Source: Lobosporangium transversale (Eukaryota). From it: 64,000 nt of DNA. The stretch lies in contig NW_019028979.1 in the NCBI RefSeq assembly GCF_002105155.1, forward strand, positions 1,612,001-1,676,000. The letters run 5' to 3'. The translations under genes were made by a program, and so were the position numbers. Below the pieces are notes generated by a model. It did no database searches and was not told where the DNA came from. It worked only from the letters and a program-made list of their open reading frames with translations. Below are positions 50,788-64,000 of the stretch, piece by piece. Positions within the stretch are counted from its first letter, which is position 1; the number at the start of each line of letters is the position of its first letter.

Positions 50788-51213
50788 AAACAAAAAAACA
50801 ATAAACATATGAGAGAGATGGGTGATGATTTTGTAGCTAGGAAGCTCATAACACAATAAAGATACTTAAAAAACCAAAGAGAAAACTATGGAGAATGAGT
50901 GCTAGATATTACCATAGGCTCGCTTAAAGTACCGCATGTATTGTATCTTGTTGGTCGCTGTGGGGACAGGGGATGAAGAAGAAGCTGCACTTGTTGCAGT
51001 GACGGCACTCCTCTGTGGAGCCAATGCATTATTTGACAGTAAGGACGGGGCGGGTGTGTTCTCGATATCAGGGTTAATGCGGATGGCAATACCAGTGATA
51101 GTGTTGAGAAGGATGCGGGAGACCTGGTTAGACCTCGTTTGAGTAGCACGCTCGACGATCAAGGGTGTAATGAAAGGAGGGAACAGATGTGCATTCTAAA
51201 TAAATAAAACGGA

Positions 51214-51250
<37 letters not shown>

Positions 51251-53678
51251 CGATAAGAAGTGAGTGTGTGCAAAACCATGTTTATGTATTTTGAATCTTA
51301 TATCCAAATTTTCTTTGTTGATGTTTTCGTTTGGAGCAAAAAAAGCCATGGGCGAAGATCTTTAAGGAGAAAAGGGGTATTGAAAGAAGAAAAGCTTGCA
51401 GTAGTAGGCAGTTGAGACACATGCTTTACATGTGAGGCAAGCACTAAATGCATGGATGATGGATGATCTTTTTTCTTTTTTTACCTGGAAAAAAACTTCG
51501 ATCGACCGTTCGATTTTGGCGATCGGCGGCAGAATTAATAACTCTTGGTTAGTTGGAATGGGTGGTTGAACCGAGTTCCTGACCCAGGCTGGATCCTTGG
51601 ATTGAATCACCATATCATCATCCCAAGAGTTGCCTTCGGGTTTGAGATTGACAGCTCCAGCGCCTCCCCAGAATAAGCACGAGTCATAGAGTTTGAGATC
51701 TATCATTGCTTCCTCCAGTTGAGCGACACTTTTAGGCGGTGGCGGTGCTCTAGCGGGAAAGGGCACTCGCAAAATCGCCGATTTGCGAGTGTGGTTGGTT
51801 TTTCCTTCACGTCTTTTATAAGTGTCGAGAACTACTGGGGGAGAGGTTGAAGCTGAAGTTGAAGCAGTGGTCGAGTGGAAAGTAGAGGTAGAAGTAGCAG
51901 TGGTGCTGGATTGGTTAGTATGAGTGGTTGATGTAGTGGATGAGAGGGTGGGAATAGATGAAATGGAAGACGAGGATGGTGGTGAAGAGGCTGGATTTTG
52001 AGTTTGTGGAGTGTGAGACTGAAATGAAGAAGATGGGTTGAGCAGTTGTTGTTGTTGTTGTTGTGGGTGTGATGGAAAGGATTGAAGAGATTCAAAAGAC
52101 TGTGCTTGGCTTTGGTAATTGGCGAAGGAAATTGTACTACCATTAGTAGAAGCAGAAACAACAACAGTGTTGTTGCTGTTATTGCTGTTGCTCTCACAAG
52201 ATATGGTATCTTTTAGCACAAGAGCGGCCAACGATTGTTTGTCATCTGTTGTGATCCCATTTTTTGTATTAAGAGTATCCATATCAACCATAGATAATAC
52301 TTGTGGCATATCATCAGACGCCGCAGCATTCACACTCGCACTTGCATGGACATTTGTCATTGTCGGCTGATTTTTCAGCTTGAAGGATGAAGGCAGCGAT
52401 GATGATGATAATGACAAAGGGACTCTTGAATTATTATTGTTTTCTCTCTCAACAGTCGTCTCAGCAGAAGCCTCTGTTACTTTCGCAGACGCAAACGTAA
52501 ACACAGGTGCTGTTCCTGAAGATGTTGAGGAGCCAGCTCTATCTGAGAGACTGGGGCTCAATTCGGGCGAGTATTTCTACAGAGAGGAAAACATTGATGT
52601 TAATCAAAGGTCGCACAAAGAAAATAAGAGATCGTTTTTAACCAGGCAAAACAAACAAGTTTGACACAAACAAACAACGAAGTTATCCAGAATGACAGCC
52701 AAATACAACAAAAAGAAGCCTGCCGGGTCATAAATATGGATGCATGCACAAAACCATATTCCCGCGTGGTTGAAATAATCATTCTCTCCACTTTTTTTTT
52801 TTTAATCTTGAAGGAAAGGATGGGTAGTATGCAAGATGTATTATGCATTCTTTTTTCCGGAAATTATTTTTTTGGGAATTCATTAAGCAATAAAGTAATA
52901 ATAACAAGTAATAATAACAGATAATATTGTGTTGAGAGCAAACACATCAAGTTAAGTAGGAAGTAGGAGTGAACAGGAGAATAAAAAAGGGCGGTTCTTT
53001 TTTTTTTTTTTTTTTTTTTTTCAACAAAATGTTTGTTCACAATGCAATGCCATAGTCAATGAAAAGGCCTCGACCATAATTCAAAGGCGCGTGTGAAAGC
53101 AATTGACTGGGTTGCTTGATCAATTTAGAGTTTGTTTTTGTGTGTTTCTAAAAATATAACAAATTACCAGGTTGGCCTCCCCTAAATTCCATCACCCCTG
53201 CACCCCTGTCTGTGTTTGTGTTCTGTGTTTGTGTTTATCACTGTCGAATAAAAATATGTTGGCGCGCAAACATAACCATAATTCGTCTTTCTGTAATAAG
53301 AAACACATAGTTGAATACTATAAGGACCTCTGTTATGCATGCTTAACTTACCTGGATAGCCGGTGGAAAATATGGAAAGCTAGGGATGGAGGGTACAGGA
53401 GCAGAGATCCCTAGACCCCCATATCCATACACATTTCCATATCTAGATTCTTGCTGTTCTCCCGTAGCAGACATTATCGAAGGCGAAGGAGAAGATATTG
53501 AATATGTGGCATATTGCTGTGGAATATGGTTAAAGTTAAGAAGCGTGCTGTTGTTGAAGTTCGGGTTGGTGTTGCTGTTGTCACTATTATCGCTATTGCT
53601 CTTGTTATTGGCCATTCCACCGCTAATCAATGATAGCGTCGGTGGCTGCGCTGAAGCATTGTAATTGGCCTGTAATGG

Positions 53679-53709
<31 letters not shown>

Positions 53710-54692
53710 TGCTGCTGTTGTTGTTGCTGTTGTAATAGTAGAGCTGTGCTTTCATCACCGCTCCAAGTCACGCCAAAGACAGGACTTGGCATTGCAGCAA
53801 CAGTAGCGCTCGTAGTCATAGCTGTATTCATAGTTGTGTCCGTATTCAGACTCATACTCGTAATAGCTGGGATACTAGATCCCATTGCTCTCACGATATC
53901 TGGAGCTGAACTCATCGTTGGGACCACATGTTCTCTTGGCATATTATTATAATTATATGTTTGTTGATGTTGTCTTAGAGGTGGATGATACGACTGAGAA
54001 TGTAAAGTGAGAGGGATGATGGTCGTTTGGTTGTTATGCATGTGATGTCGTTCTTGATGCTGAAGTTGTTGTTGATGCTGTTGTTGTTGATTCAAAGGCC
54101 GGCTTTGTGATTGGAGTGGTTGATTACGATATTGCCGAGCAGTTGTAGCAGATCCAATGATGCCGCTCTGCTCTTGATATTGATATTGGTATTGGTATTG
54201 ATATTGGGGTTGATGTTGCGGCGGCTGAAGATGAGACGTCTGAGACATGGTTGAGGTCTGTGGGTGCGCCTGCGCACCCAGTTGCTGCTGTTGAAGCATG
54301 GCCCGAATAGCCATAGTTTGTGTCCATTGATACTCTTCCACTTCATCCAAATACTGCGCCTGTAGCTCATCTGCTGTCCATTCTCTGGCCCTTTTGATAC
54401 CATTGTTTCCATTATTGCGATGTTGTTGATTCTGGCCTTGGACTTGGTGTATATGCAAAGGATCAAAAAAGAGATGATAATCGTTACTGCTTACAATGGG
54501 CGTCGTCGTGGTTGTCGTCTGCTCATTGCCGCGACTTGTGGTGACAATATTTCCGAAAACAACTTCTCCTTCACTTGTTGATGCTGATGCTTCGGATATA
54601 CTTGCTGACGAGACAGGGAAGGGCGCATAGGCCCCTGGAAACAAGGTTTGGGACAAAGAATTGGCAATGGCCGCATCCTCTGCGGACAACAT
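48186..54692 (-). CDS. Fungal-specific transcription-factor-domain (middle homology region) protein, multi-exon, polyQ-rich
   Basis: ORFs 53343-54731, 51362-52561, 50902-51162 and 48186-50849 end at GT donors. The motif LQATLLL..AAFLGLHVD..NRCWLFWACYMFD..WLDDLPPRL is typical of this domain. The 5' exon linkage and start are uncertain. Confidence 0.7.
53679..53733 (-). repeat. CAG/CAA trinucleotide repeat encoding about 18 Gln
   Basis: (tgc/tgt) run on the plus strand; Q-run in ORF 53343-54731. Confidence 0.9.
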
Positions 54693-55842
54693 TGTGGATG
54701 TGGTTGGATCAAACAATTCGGAAAAAAACAAAAAAAAAAAGAGCTATTTTCGTAGTCCACTCGATGTAATAGGAAATCCGTTCCCCCTTCTTGTCGTTCC
54801 AGAGATCCAGCGAGAGAAAAAAGGAAAGAGTATAAGAGAAAAAGAGGGAAAAGAAGAAAGAGAAGAAAATGGAATAAGGATGAGTAAAGAAGACATGAAT
54901 TTATTGTTGATATTCGAGAGATGATTGTTTTAAGAGTGGATAATGATCAATAGTATCGAGTGTTGATTATGATGAGTGGAGAGAGAGAGAGGGAGAGAGA
55001 AAGAGCTCATGTGTCCGGGTCTGATCTGATGGATGAAAGGGAATCAGGGCTGCATTAATTATTTCCTATTACGTGGTTGGATTGGTATGAGGAGGAGGGA
55101 ATCCTTCAGCAGAGTAGAGAGTTAAGAGAAGGAAGAAGACCCTACATGGATAAATGCCATGTCCTTTTATCCTTTTGTCCGGATTGTTTTGAGGGGTGAG
55201 AATACAAAAGGATAGGACGGCCTTGGTGAGCAATTGTTGATCTTTCTCTTTGCTCCACAGGTTCCCGCTGCGCCACACCAACTTCCCAAACCCTTAAAAT
55301 CGTCATCATAATGAAGCGTCACTAATAACGCTCATTTGGATCATATGCACAGCATGTGCCTGTCTCCAGAAATGTCTTGTTTTGTCCCAAGGGCGAAGTC
55401 GCAACGCCCATCTTTTTTTAAACGCACAGACAAAAATGAGGGAAGTCGAGAGAGAGAGGGCTGAGGAACTGATTTTGAAGTTTGTGCGTTACAACAACAA
55501 ATGTCCATCCATGGTTTTGAAGGATTAGTAAGAAGGTCAGTGAGACCAAGTTCATATAGTTCGCAAGGGAAATGGAGCATAATGTGTCCTTCAGTTCCTG
55601 TGCCGAAAAGTGTAAAAAATTCTCTGCTTTTCCTTTGTCACTTCTTTCCACATTTCACTTCACTCTCTTTCGTCCTCATCGACCAAACACAGCCCCATTC
55701 GTTTATTGTTCATTGCAAAATACTTTATTTTGCTACATTACACAGCATCGCCTCCTCTCTTCTTCCATGCTTGCATGTTGTCCTTTTCATGTCAGGGGCA
55801 TCAGAGATGAGGACAAGATGTCAGATCAATTTGTTGACAATA

Positions 55843-55878
<36 letters not shown>

Positions 55879-57355
55879 AAAGATGATCTTTACAACAATG
55901 GCATCTGAATCAAAATGCAGAACTTGTTAATTGAATCGACTATTGAATGTAAACGTGCTTATGCTTTCGCGTTTATGGTAGAAAAAGAAAGAAAAAAGTG
56001 GAAAGTTTGGAAAAGGATACGAAATAATATAATGAAAAAGGAAAAGGAGAGAAAGACAGAGAAAGGGAGAGAGGAAGAGAGATCGACCTTGTTCTTTTGT
56101 CCTCGATGCTCTTTCTTAGCGACAAGTCGGCAGAAAAAAGGAGAGCGACATTTACCACGAGGTAGAACGACACGAAATGAAAAATTAGTGCGCATCATTA
56201 ATCATTAATGTTATTTCAATTGATTGTTCTCCCATATGCTCTCATGTTCTTATGTCCTTGCTCATATCCATGTTCGTGTTCATATCGTTTGTTCATTTGT
56301 TTGTTTTTATTTTTCTATGCACTTGATATTCAGACCCATCATCTTCATTTCCCTACTCACCTCCCCAATATCGTTTATAGAGCTTAAAAAAAAAGAAAGT
56401 TGTTGAGAGCATCAAGAAAATGTGTATCCTCCCCCCATTCATCAATATCGAACAAGAGCACCTTTCAAAGGAAGGAAGGCGCATTCGACTGAGGACTGAA
56501 TTGATTGGAGAAGTTTGGATCACTTGCGCCATGTATTTAGTCCACCACAGCACTGTGAGCAACAGCTACCCAGACAATGACCATCTTTTCATTCAATGAA
56601 CTTTGGTGAATACTACATCTATACTACTCTACTATGTCTTTATCAAGCAGTTGTCTCCAAATGCTCCTGCAATAATGAAACCGTCAATCATGCTCACCCC
56701 AACCCCCCATTTCGACGCTCAGAGGTTTCGCAACCTAAAACGTTCTTGGCTTGAAAGAACTCTACCAATCAAGTCTTTTTAAGTAATCAAAGCCTTCATA
56801 CCTTACGAAATGACTCGCAATGTGCCTTGAGCGCGGTGGAATGCAATGGAATTGAGTGGGATGGACGTGGATCAATGGGGTCTGCCTGTCTCTATTTTTT
56901 ATTCTACTCTGATGCTTAAAAATTGGCGTTGGGCATGAAGTACGCCATCATTTCGGGTATGAAAACATCACCGTCTTCTCCCTCTCACATCCCACACATG
57001 GAGACATCCCTTCAGCTTATTTACATCAAGGAGTATCAAAGGCTACATAAGCTGTATTCAGTCTTTCAATACGTTGTCCTGCTCATGATTTATCAAGGGG
57101 GATATCCGCGTCTTGATGCCTTTATCCTACTGGCAAAGAGCTTAATTGTTTAATTACTTTAGGACTGCAGAAGATCTTGGGAACGCATATAGTCTTTCCT
57201 TCATCCGAAATAATTCGCCCAACTTATAAGTTCGTTTTATGTGTCTCATAAAAAAAAAAAAATACAATATCGTGGATTGGATTGGATTTAATTGGATTGG
57301 ATTTGATTGGATTGTAAATATTGCATTGTATTATGTTGTACGTACTGTTCTCCGA

Positions 57356-60300
57356 TCATCTCAAACGATGTCGGACCCTTCGCCGTTCTGCTCGAACGCA
57401 TCGTTCAATCTCTGTATTGATCGCATAGACCCACTCCTCCAAATCCGGACGTGATCTCGCTCGGAAGACACTACAGCTCTGTGGATTACTTCCATAAACA
57501 ACTCCATCTTTTACCAGATTGGATAACCATCCAATTTTGCTAAAAACCTTAGACGATGATCCATTGACTGATTTCGGAGACATCATTGTCGTTTTGCTTG
57601 CTGCTACTGCACCTCGTCTAGAAAACATCTTTTTCCTCTTGCCTCTCCAAATCGAAAAAGTGCAATCTTCGTCCGGATCGTCTGCAATCAATCCATCAGG
57701 GAAGAATCTTGGTAATCGCTCAGATTCATCGTTGGTTCCATGAGCTGTGTCTCCATCTGAAAAGTGTCCCGAATAGACATAGATATCTGTCAATGAATGT
57801 ATCGCATATAACTTGTTCGCTGTTGTCGGGATCAGACGACCAGAGGTCGTGGATCGTCGATGAGGATGAAATAGCATAAGAAATCCCTCTGTCAAGACCA
57901 AGAACATTTTGCGGAACGTTCTATGCAGTTTTGGCTTGAAGTACACCATCCCGGACTTTGTCACTGATCGACATCCATTCACGACGCACCAATTCCAAAT
58001 ATGGGGTGATGCCATTGCCCGATCATTATCCCAGTCCTTGATCATATCCCCTCCTGCTTCGACTACACTGGCTCCTCCTAACTGCTTCTCATCATCATCC
58101 ATACTGGATGCTAGTTGGCAGTTGGCTTGGGCCACATGCATATGATCCTTGATATCTAAATGGCGTCGTAACCTCCAATATTCTGCAAGCTTCTGAACTT
58201 GTTGGCACCATAGATGTGCTGCCTCCGCATTGAACGCCCGGAAGCGAACACAGGGTCCGTTTTGCATCTCAATCTCAAACACATTGCTGTCTTCATCCAA
58301 ATATAAATCATCGCTATCGCCACCATGATTAAGAAGGAGCTTGTCTGCTACGAAAGTAGCTGATTTGTGCAAGTTTTCTTTAAATGATTGGGAAGATGCT
58401 TTACTCTTGGCTGCAATTGATGATGCAGCAGTGCTCGTTTTCTGATCCAGAGAATTAGACATAGGTTCAGATGAGTCTAGGTGCTTGCCATTGGTAACAT
58501 TATCCCCCTCATTTTTTTGTTGTGATTGCCGTGATGATGACGGTCCAGGCTCCGAATTATCGACAGGTTCAGTCACAGTCGTTGGGAAAAAATAATTATC
58601 GGGTTCTCTCAAAATCACTTGCGGTTGCTGCTGATCCCGCTGTTGCTGATCTTGTGATGATCGTGCTTCTAGAGTTCTGTCCCTGGCCTCCTTAACTTCC
58701 TCCACTGCATGCTTAACAGCTTTACCTAATCTTTCGATCTTCCCTTGCTTCTCTTTCTCCATTTGCTTGTTTTCTTTGTCTTTTTGATAAGGCAAATGCC
58801 GTACTGCTTCCCACTCTCGAATTGTCAGGACTCTGACGTTGTCGACTTTTGTTAGATCAATAAACCCTTTTGCTGCACGCACTTGAGCTTTCAACCGTCG
58901 TACGGATCGACTCTGCGCCATATCCTTATGATCCGGGTTGACAGATCGATGAGGTGTAATACAGAACAGAAGGGCTGCTGGATCGATGGCTGCCTCTCCT
59001 GCTCCTCCTGCTAAAGCGTGAGACATGGTCGGGCTGTGGGATTCAGATGGGATCGTATAGAACAGCATATGGTCATGAGAGGTCAAATACAATCGGCGGA
59101 AGCGTCGAAGAGGATTCCCTGAAAATGCACTGACGCGGACCAAATAACCTTCGATCGGATCAGGTTCATGCAATTCTCCACCAAATGTTCCTCCTTCACA
59201 TGCTGGAATACGAGCCCTGCTGGGATAATGTGTAATCGGCCTCAGTTCCAGCACATGAGTCTATTCCATAGTTGTAAAAATCATTAAAAAGAAGAAACAC
59301 AACAAGGAGAGAAAGGAAAAAAAAAAAAAAAAAAGGTTAATAAAGGAAATGTTACGATAAACTGACATTGAGTTGACAAGGATTTTTTTTATAATACCTT
59401 GTCCAGGATTTGAGGCCCTACAACGGTTTCATCCATCCCTCCGGACCAATCAGACCCATCTGCAAATCCAATATGATCTTTTCTAAGATGAAGATCATCC
59501 GTCTCTGGTAAGACTCGATGTTCGTTTTGCCCTCCCCAATAGATCCATTCAATCCGATCATATCGTTTCCAGCAGAGAGCCACGTCTCCATGTTGTGTAG
59601 GATCTTGCCACATCCTGACAACTTCAGCCCAATCAGGAACATCCTTCAAAAGTGACAGAGCATGAGATCTCAATAATTTCGGCGTCACTTGATTTGGTGC
59701 TACCAACTGTGGTTTAGCTCTATCGTTGGTTAAATAAAATGTCCTCGTCGCCATCCTGGGATTAATGTCATTAATGTTATTGTTGCTGTTGGTATTCCGA
59801 TCCGGGAAACTGGACATCACAGTCTTGAAGCTGTTTAAAGGCGCCTCTCCTGTTTCATCATCAGCATTTCTATCAGCAGTATTAGGACCTTCTGTGATTC
59901 CAGGTCGTGAGGAAATAGAAGAAGGCAATGGTAGAGGTTCTCTTCTTGGGCCTTGTATTGGTAATGTATAACTTAAAGAAGTTTCGCTTTCTTCATTATC
60001 TGTGCCTTCATCATCATTATCGTCGTCGTCTGTCTCTGTTTCAGAATCTTCAGGGATAGGGACTCTGATCTTGACATCAAAATCCGGGACTGCAAGCTCG
60101 ATAAATTTGGGAATCGGTGCTGTACCATTGAGTAATGTGTAGATTTCCATATACCATGCACAGGCCAATGAAATGGTCCGGGGACGAAGGATATAGACCG
60201 TTAACCCAATAGCTTCTGGATAGTTTTGTGTTACTGCAATCGAGTAATCCAGAGATGAGTACACAGAAACGGCTGTACAAGAAGATAGAATGACGGTGTC

Positions 60301-60368
60301 CTTGATTTTTTTCTAGCAACCAACCAACCAACAAACAAACAAAAATCAATCATCAGACATTGAACAAT

Positions 60369-60400
<32 letters not shown>

Positions 60401-63378
60401 GAGCATAAGCATAACTTACATGGTTATAGTAAAACTCCAGTCGACCCTTTTCTACTCGCTCCATCCTTTTCTTGGACCGTTTTCTCTTAATTTTTGAAAC
60501 CTTTTCCCTCTTATTATCAGCTATTACAACGGAACTCAAAGAGGGCCCTTTCATTACGCACCACCATTCTTTCCATCCTTGGCTCTGTCGTTCCAGACGG
60601 CGAGCTGTGTCTGAATTGAACACATGAGGTCCTGGTCGTTGCGTCACTTCCCTACGAGCCAACATCCGGTCCTGTTTTACAATTGCATCCGTCCATAGCC
60701 GAGTTGATTGACGGGTCGAACCCCCTGCAATATGATACTGGACCTTGGTCAAAAATCGAACATGTTTCCCAACCTTGGGAGGCCCTTGGTGAATACCTAT
60801 TTCAGCGTCGCTTGAACGATGTCGAAGCGATCCCTGACAATCTTTGTCAATCGAACAAATCGATCCAATAGGTTGTAGAGGCATGTCACCATGTCTCTTG
60901 AGTCCAGTAAGGTTTCTATTTAAGAGCGCTCGACCGAATCGTGTGCTAGCTTTGTCGAGGGTCGTTGAAAATGGTTCCTTTTCTGTTGTCGCTGCTGTTG
61001 GGGTCGAAGAGGATGATGCCTGCTGCGGCAGCGATACAGAGACATTTAGACATTTAGCTGCTTTCTCTGATGAGGGGTCAGAAGTTTCATTCACCTCTGA
61101 ACTCTTCCGACCAGCTGCTGATGTTGATGTTGTTATTGTCGTAATTGCTTGGTCTTGTTGCATCAAGCTCGGCGCATCAACATAGTTGCTTTCGTGGCTG
61201 ATCATCCTTGCCAGCTCGAAATGATCTCCATCTGTATCCGCCCCAACACCGTGCTCTGTCTCGTCTTCTTCATCTTCTTCCTCATCTTCTTCCTTAATCA
61301 CATTCTTCTGGTCTAATAGCAACCCATCATCCCGTCCACCTAAACTTGACGGCGATTCTCGAGCTGTCATCCAAGTAGCGCCTCGCTTCGGTTGGCAGTT
61401 AGAGGGCGAAGACGGTGAGGAGGCTGCGGATGAAAAAGAATGGATAGAAGATGGTCTCCATTGAGGGCTCAGGTGCCCTGACATAGCGTCGTTTGTTGAA
61501 GTAGCATTAGGTAGTTTCTGGATAGGGGATGGATCGGGTCTGTCAGAACTTTCCATGGTCATGCTATGGTTGTTGCCTTCTTTGCCATCCAATATTGAGG
61601 AGACTGGTGAGCTGACAAAGACAGCACCACCACCACTACCTGGTAAGTCAATCTCGGATGACATGGGCGAGCCAACAAGGACAGGATGGTGGCTTACATG
61701 TCCGTGTCCATGATAATGTCCAAGTGTCAATGCCCCTGACGTTGCTTGTCTAGGAAGATGTGGTCGTGATACTCTATATGTTTTTTATTTTTTTATTTTT
61801 TATTTTTTAAAAAATAGTCAGCTGGTGCACGAGATAACAGACAATAGGGGCACTCAAACCTAGAGAGCAAGCGCCTTGTTGAGGCACGTTGTTTGTGATT
61901 GTGTCAAATGTGGAGAATGCGCAAACTCAAAACATTCAAGTGAGGAGTCAAGGGGGAGTGAACACGATATTTGTGCACAAGCCAGGAAAAGGAAAACAAA
62001 CAAATTGACGATGTGGTTGGATTGATGATGCAATCAAATGGATTAAATGAATTCAAGTGTGTACCATGTGTTGTGGTGGCATGGATTTGTCATGTAAACT
62101 TCCTTACCTCGATCCGTCACTCTCGTATCCAAGGTCTGGATCGTCTATCCTGCCCTGGTGATGTTGTTTCTCTTTGGGCCCTATACCAAAGAGTTTTTTC
62201 AGTCGATTGGGTTCGCCTTCATCCCGCATACTTTTTGTTCGTTTTCTTCTTTTACTGGAGCCCCATCGTGTTGCTGTTGATGTTTCTGAAAGAGCAGCAG
62301 CTCGATCTGTTGCGATATCATGGTAACCATCATCATCACCATGTTGATCACCATTATCATGGTCATTATCAGTTGCATATGGTTGTTGCTGCTTCTTGTT
62401 TTTGCCTTTACTTCTTGTTTTAATATCGTCCTGGTTGATCCCAGGGAGAAGCACTGTGGCTGCAGCTGCTGCAGTTGTATTTGCAATCGATATCGCATCA
62501 CCAAGGGCTCCATTCTGTTTCGTAGACGTCTGTTCCTTGGTTATTGAGGGTCCCTGACTAGGCCCAACGCGTGCAGAGACTGATTCTGCAGAAGACCAAG
62601 AGTTTGCTTTCTTGAATGTTTGACCTTCGTTCTTAGCAAATGTTGGTGATCTGTTGTCATTGTCCTTGTGTTGAATGTCTCGCGGGTCTTTAATATCCAT
62701 AACATCCTCATGAGGATCATCATACTCATGATCGTGAATATTATCGTGGTCATCTTCTCCATCTCCTTCTGATGATGATGTTAAACGGTCGTTTTCATAA
62801 TCCTTCCGTTCATCCTCACTGTCATACATTCCATCTTGTTCATCCTCTGTTCCATCCTCATTGTCACTGCTACTACAGCTATCAGTGTCATCACTAAAGG
62901 TGTATGAGGCCTGATGTTGAGCTGGATTTGGACGACGGGCAGCTTTATCATAAATATGTTTACTCCCAACTGAGGCAGCTTTCACACCTACTTTTGCGGC
63001 TGCAGAAGTTGTTGTTGTCGGATGATTGTTATTATTACGTTGCTGCTGTTGATCAAGCTGATGATGTAAAGAAAGATGTGATTTTAAAAACGAAGAACCT
63101 TGATCCCACCAAGGCTTAGGTGCTTGTGAACTGGACTTTGATTCATGATAATGATGGTTGCTGCTTTTTTGATTACTATGGCTATTACTACTATTAATGT
63201 TGCCTCTTTTTGAATTCTTTGCGTTGTTATTATGTCGAGTAAAAGAAGATGAAGAGATATTGGAGGTCAAACCATTGGTGGCGTTCTGAGGATTGGTTTG
63301 TTGAATAACAGGACCAATGAAGATACGATGATGACCAGAATGAGTTGAGAGTATGGAGGGCACATGCACTGGAGCCAT
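57356..63378 (-). CDS. SPO71: Spo71/Mug56-family PH-domain protein, multi-exon
   Basis: Motifs recalled as characteristic of the family: HRIFIGP, WKRYDRIEWI, LELRPITHYP, PIEGYLVR, LYLTSHDHMLF, IWNWCVVNGCRSVTKSG, IYVYSG..LPRFFPDGL, VFRARSRPDLEEWVYAINTEIER. Spread over ORFs 62104-63378, 60231-61730, 59389-60264 and 57356-59254. Confidence 0.82.
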
Positions 63379-63542
63379 TCCTTGTTGTTATCACTAATTA
63401 AAGTGGAATCCCTCTGTTCTGTTTGTCAATAAGGGGGGGAAGAAAAAAGAGAAGGAGTGTGATAAATAGGTAGAAGAGATAGAGTTATAAGAGGGGGATG
63501 TGTTCAGTCCAATTGATAGCGGAAAATGGAGTGGAGTGACTG

Positions 63543-63568
63543 GAGAGAGAGAGAGAGAGAGAGAGAGG
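63543..63568. repeat. (GA)n microsatellite
   Basis: gagagagagagagagagagagagag. Confidence 0.9.
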
Positions 63569-64000
63569 GTTAATGTGAAAGGAGAAAGGGAAAGAAATAT
63601 AAAAAGAAAACTAATAAAAAAGAAAAGTAGAAATGAAATGCAATGCAATGGTCATTTGGCAATGAGAAAGAAAAGAGGAAGAAGGAGCTTAATGACCTCA
63701 TGTGTAACTTTGGTGGGGGTCAACGAGCAAACAAGGGACAACTTTACTTTATTCCGGTGTTAAAATTTCATTCCCCCCCCCCATCTCTCTTCATCCCTTC
63801 ATTCTTCCCTTTTCCAGTGTTACTAAAAGACTCGGTCTGTCTTTCTATCCTTGTCTTAATCTTTGGTCCCCTCTCGAGGAAATCGAGCTGCGTTCGTGCC
63901 TGATTACCATTATCATGGCCATGGGACAATGGCACCATTGTACATTAGTGCAAACAACTTTTTTTTTTTTTTTTTTTCATTCCAACGAAGGCTCATCCTC

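Overview
Eukaryotic, intron-containing fungal DNA. The gene families (expanded F-box/LRR, secreted Kelch, COR-like+LRR proteins) and the long poly-A/T introns suggest a Mortierellaceae-like early-diverging fungus; this is inference. Ordinary genes: a 14-TMS MFS transporter, an F-box/LRR protein, a PPR-like protein, a C2H2 transcription factor, a DUF4097-like membrane protein, two Kelch proteins, a second F-box/LRR gene plus a decayed paralogue, a fungal-specific TF-domain protein and a Spo71/Mug56 homologue. Four items stand out. (1) An apparently intact 4-exon Crypton-type tyrosine-recombinase gene (YR/Ndc10-like + GCR1_C-like, about 1052 aa, R-K-H-R-W-Y retained) is bracketed by a 10-bp direct repeat. 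Rejoining its flanks gives an 18-7-18 palindrome resembling a recombinase target, and subterminal repeats are present. (2) Three adjacent co-oriented genes (32.3-41.1 kb) share a short N-terminal motif followed by prion-like low-complexity sequence. Two also carry a COR-like domain plus LRRs, making this a candidate amyloid/prion-type signalling cluster. (3) Two different hAT-type MITEs with perfect 8-bp TSDs, plus a truncated copy of one inside an F-box pseudogene. (4) A decayed LSU rRNA fragment lacking the sarcin-ricin tetraloop. All calls were made by eye with no database searches.
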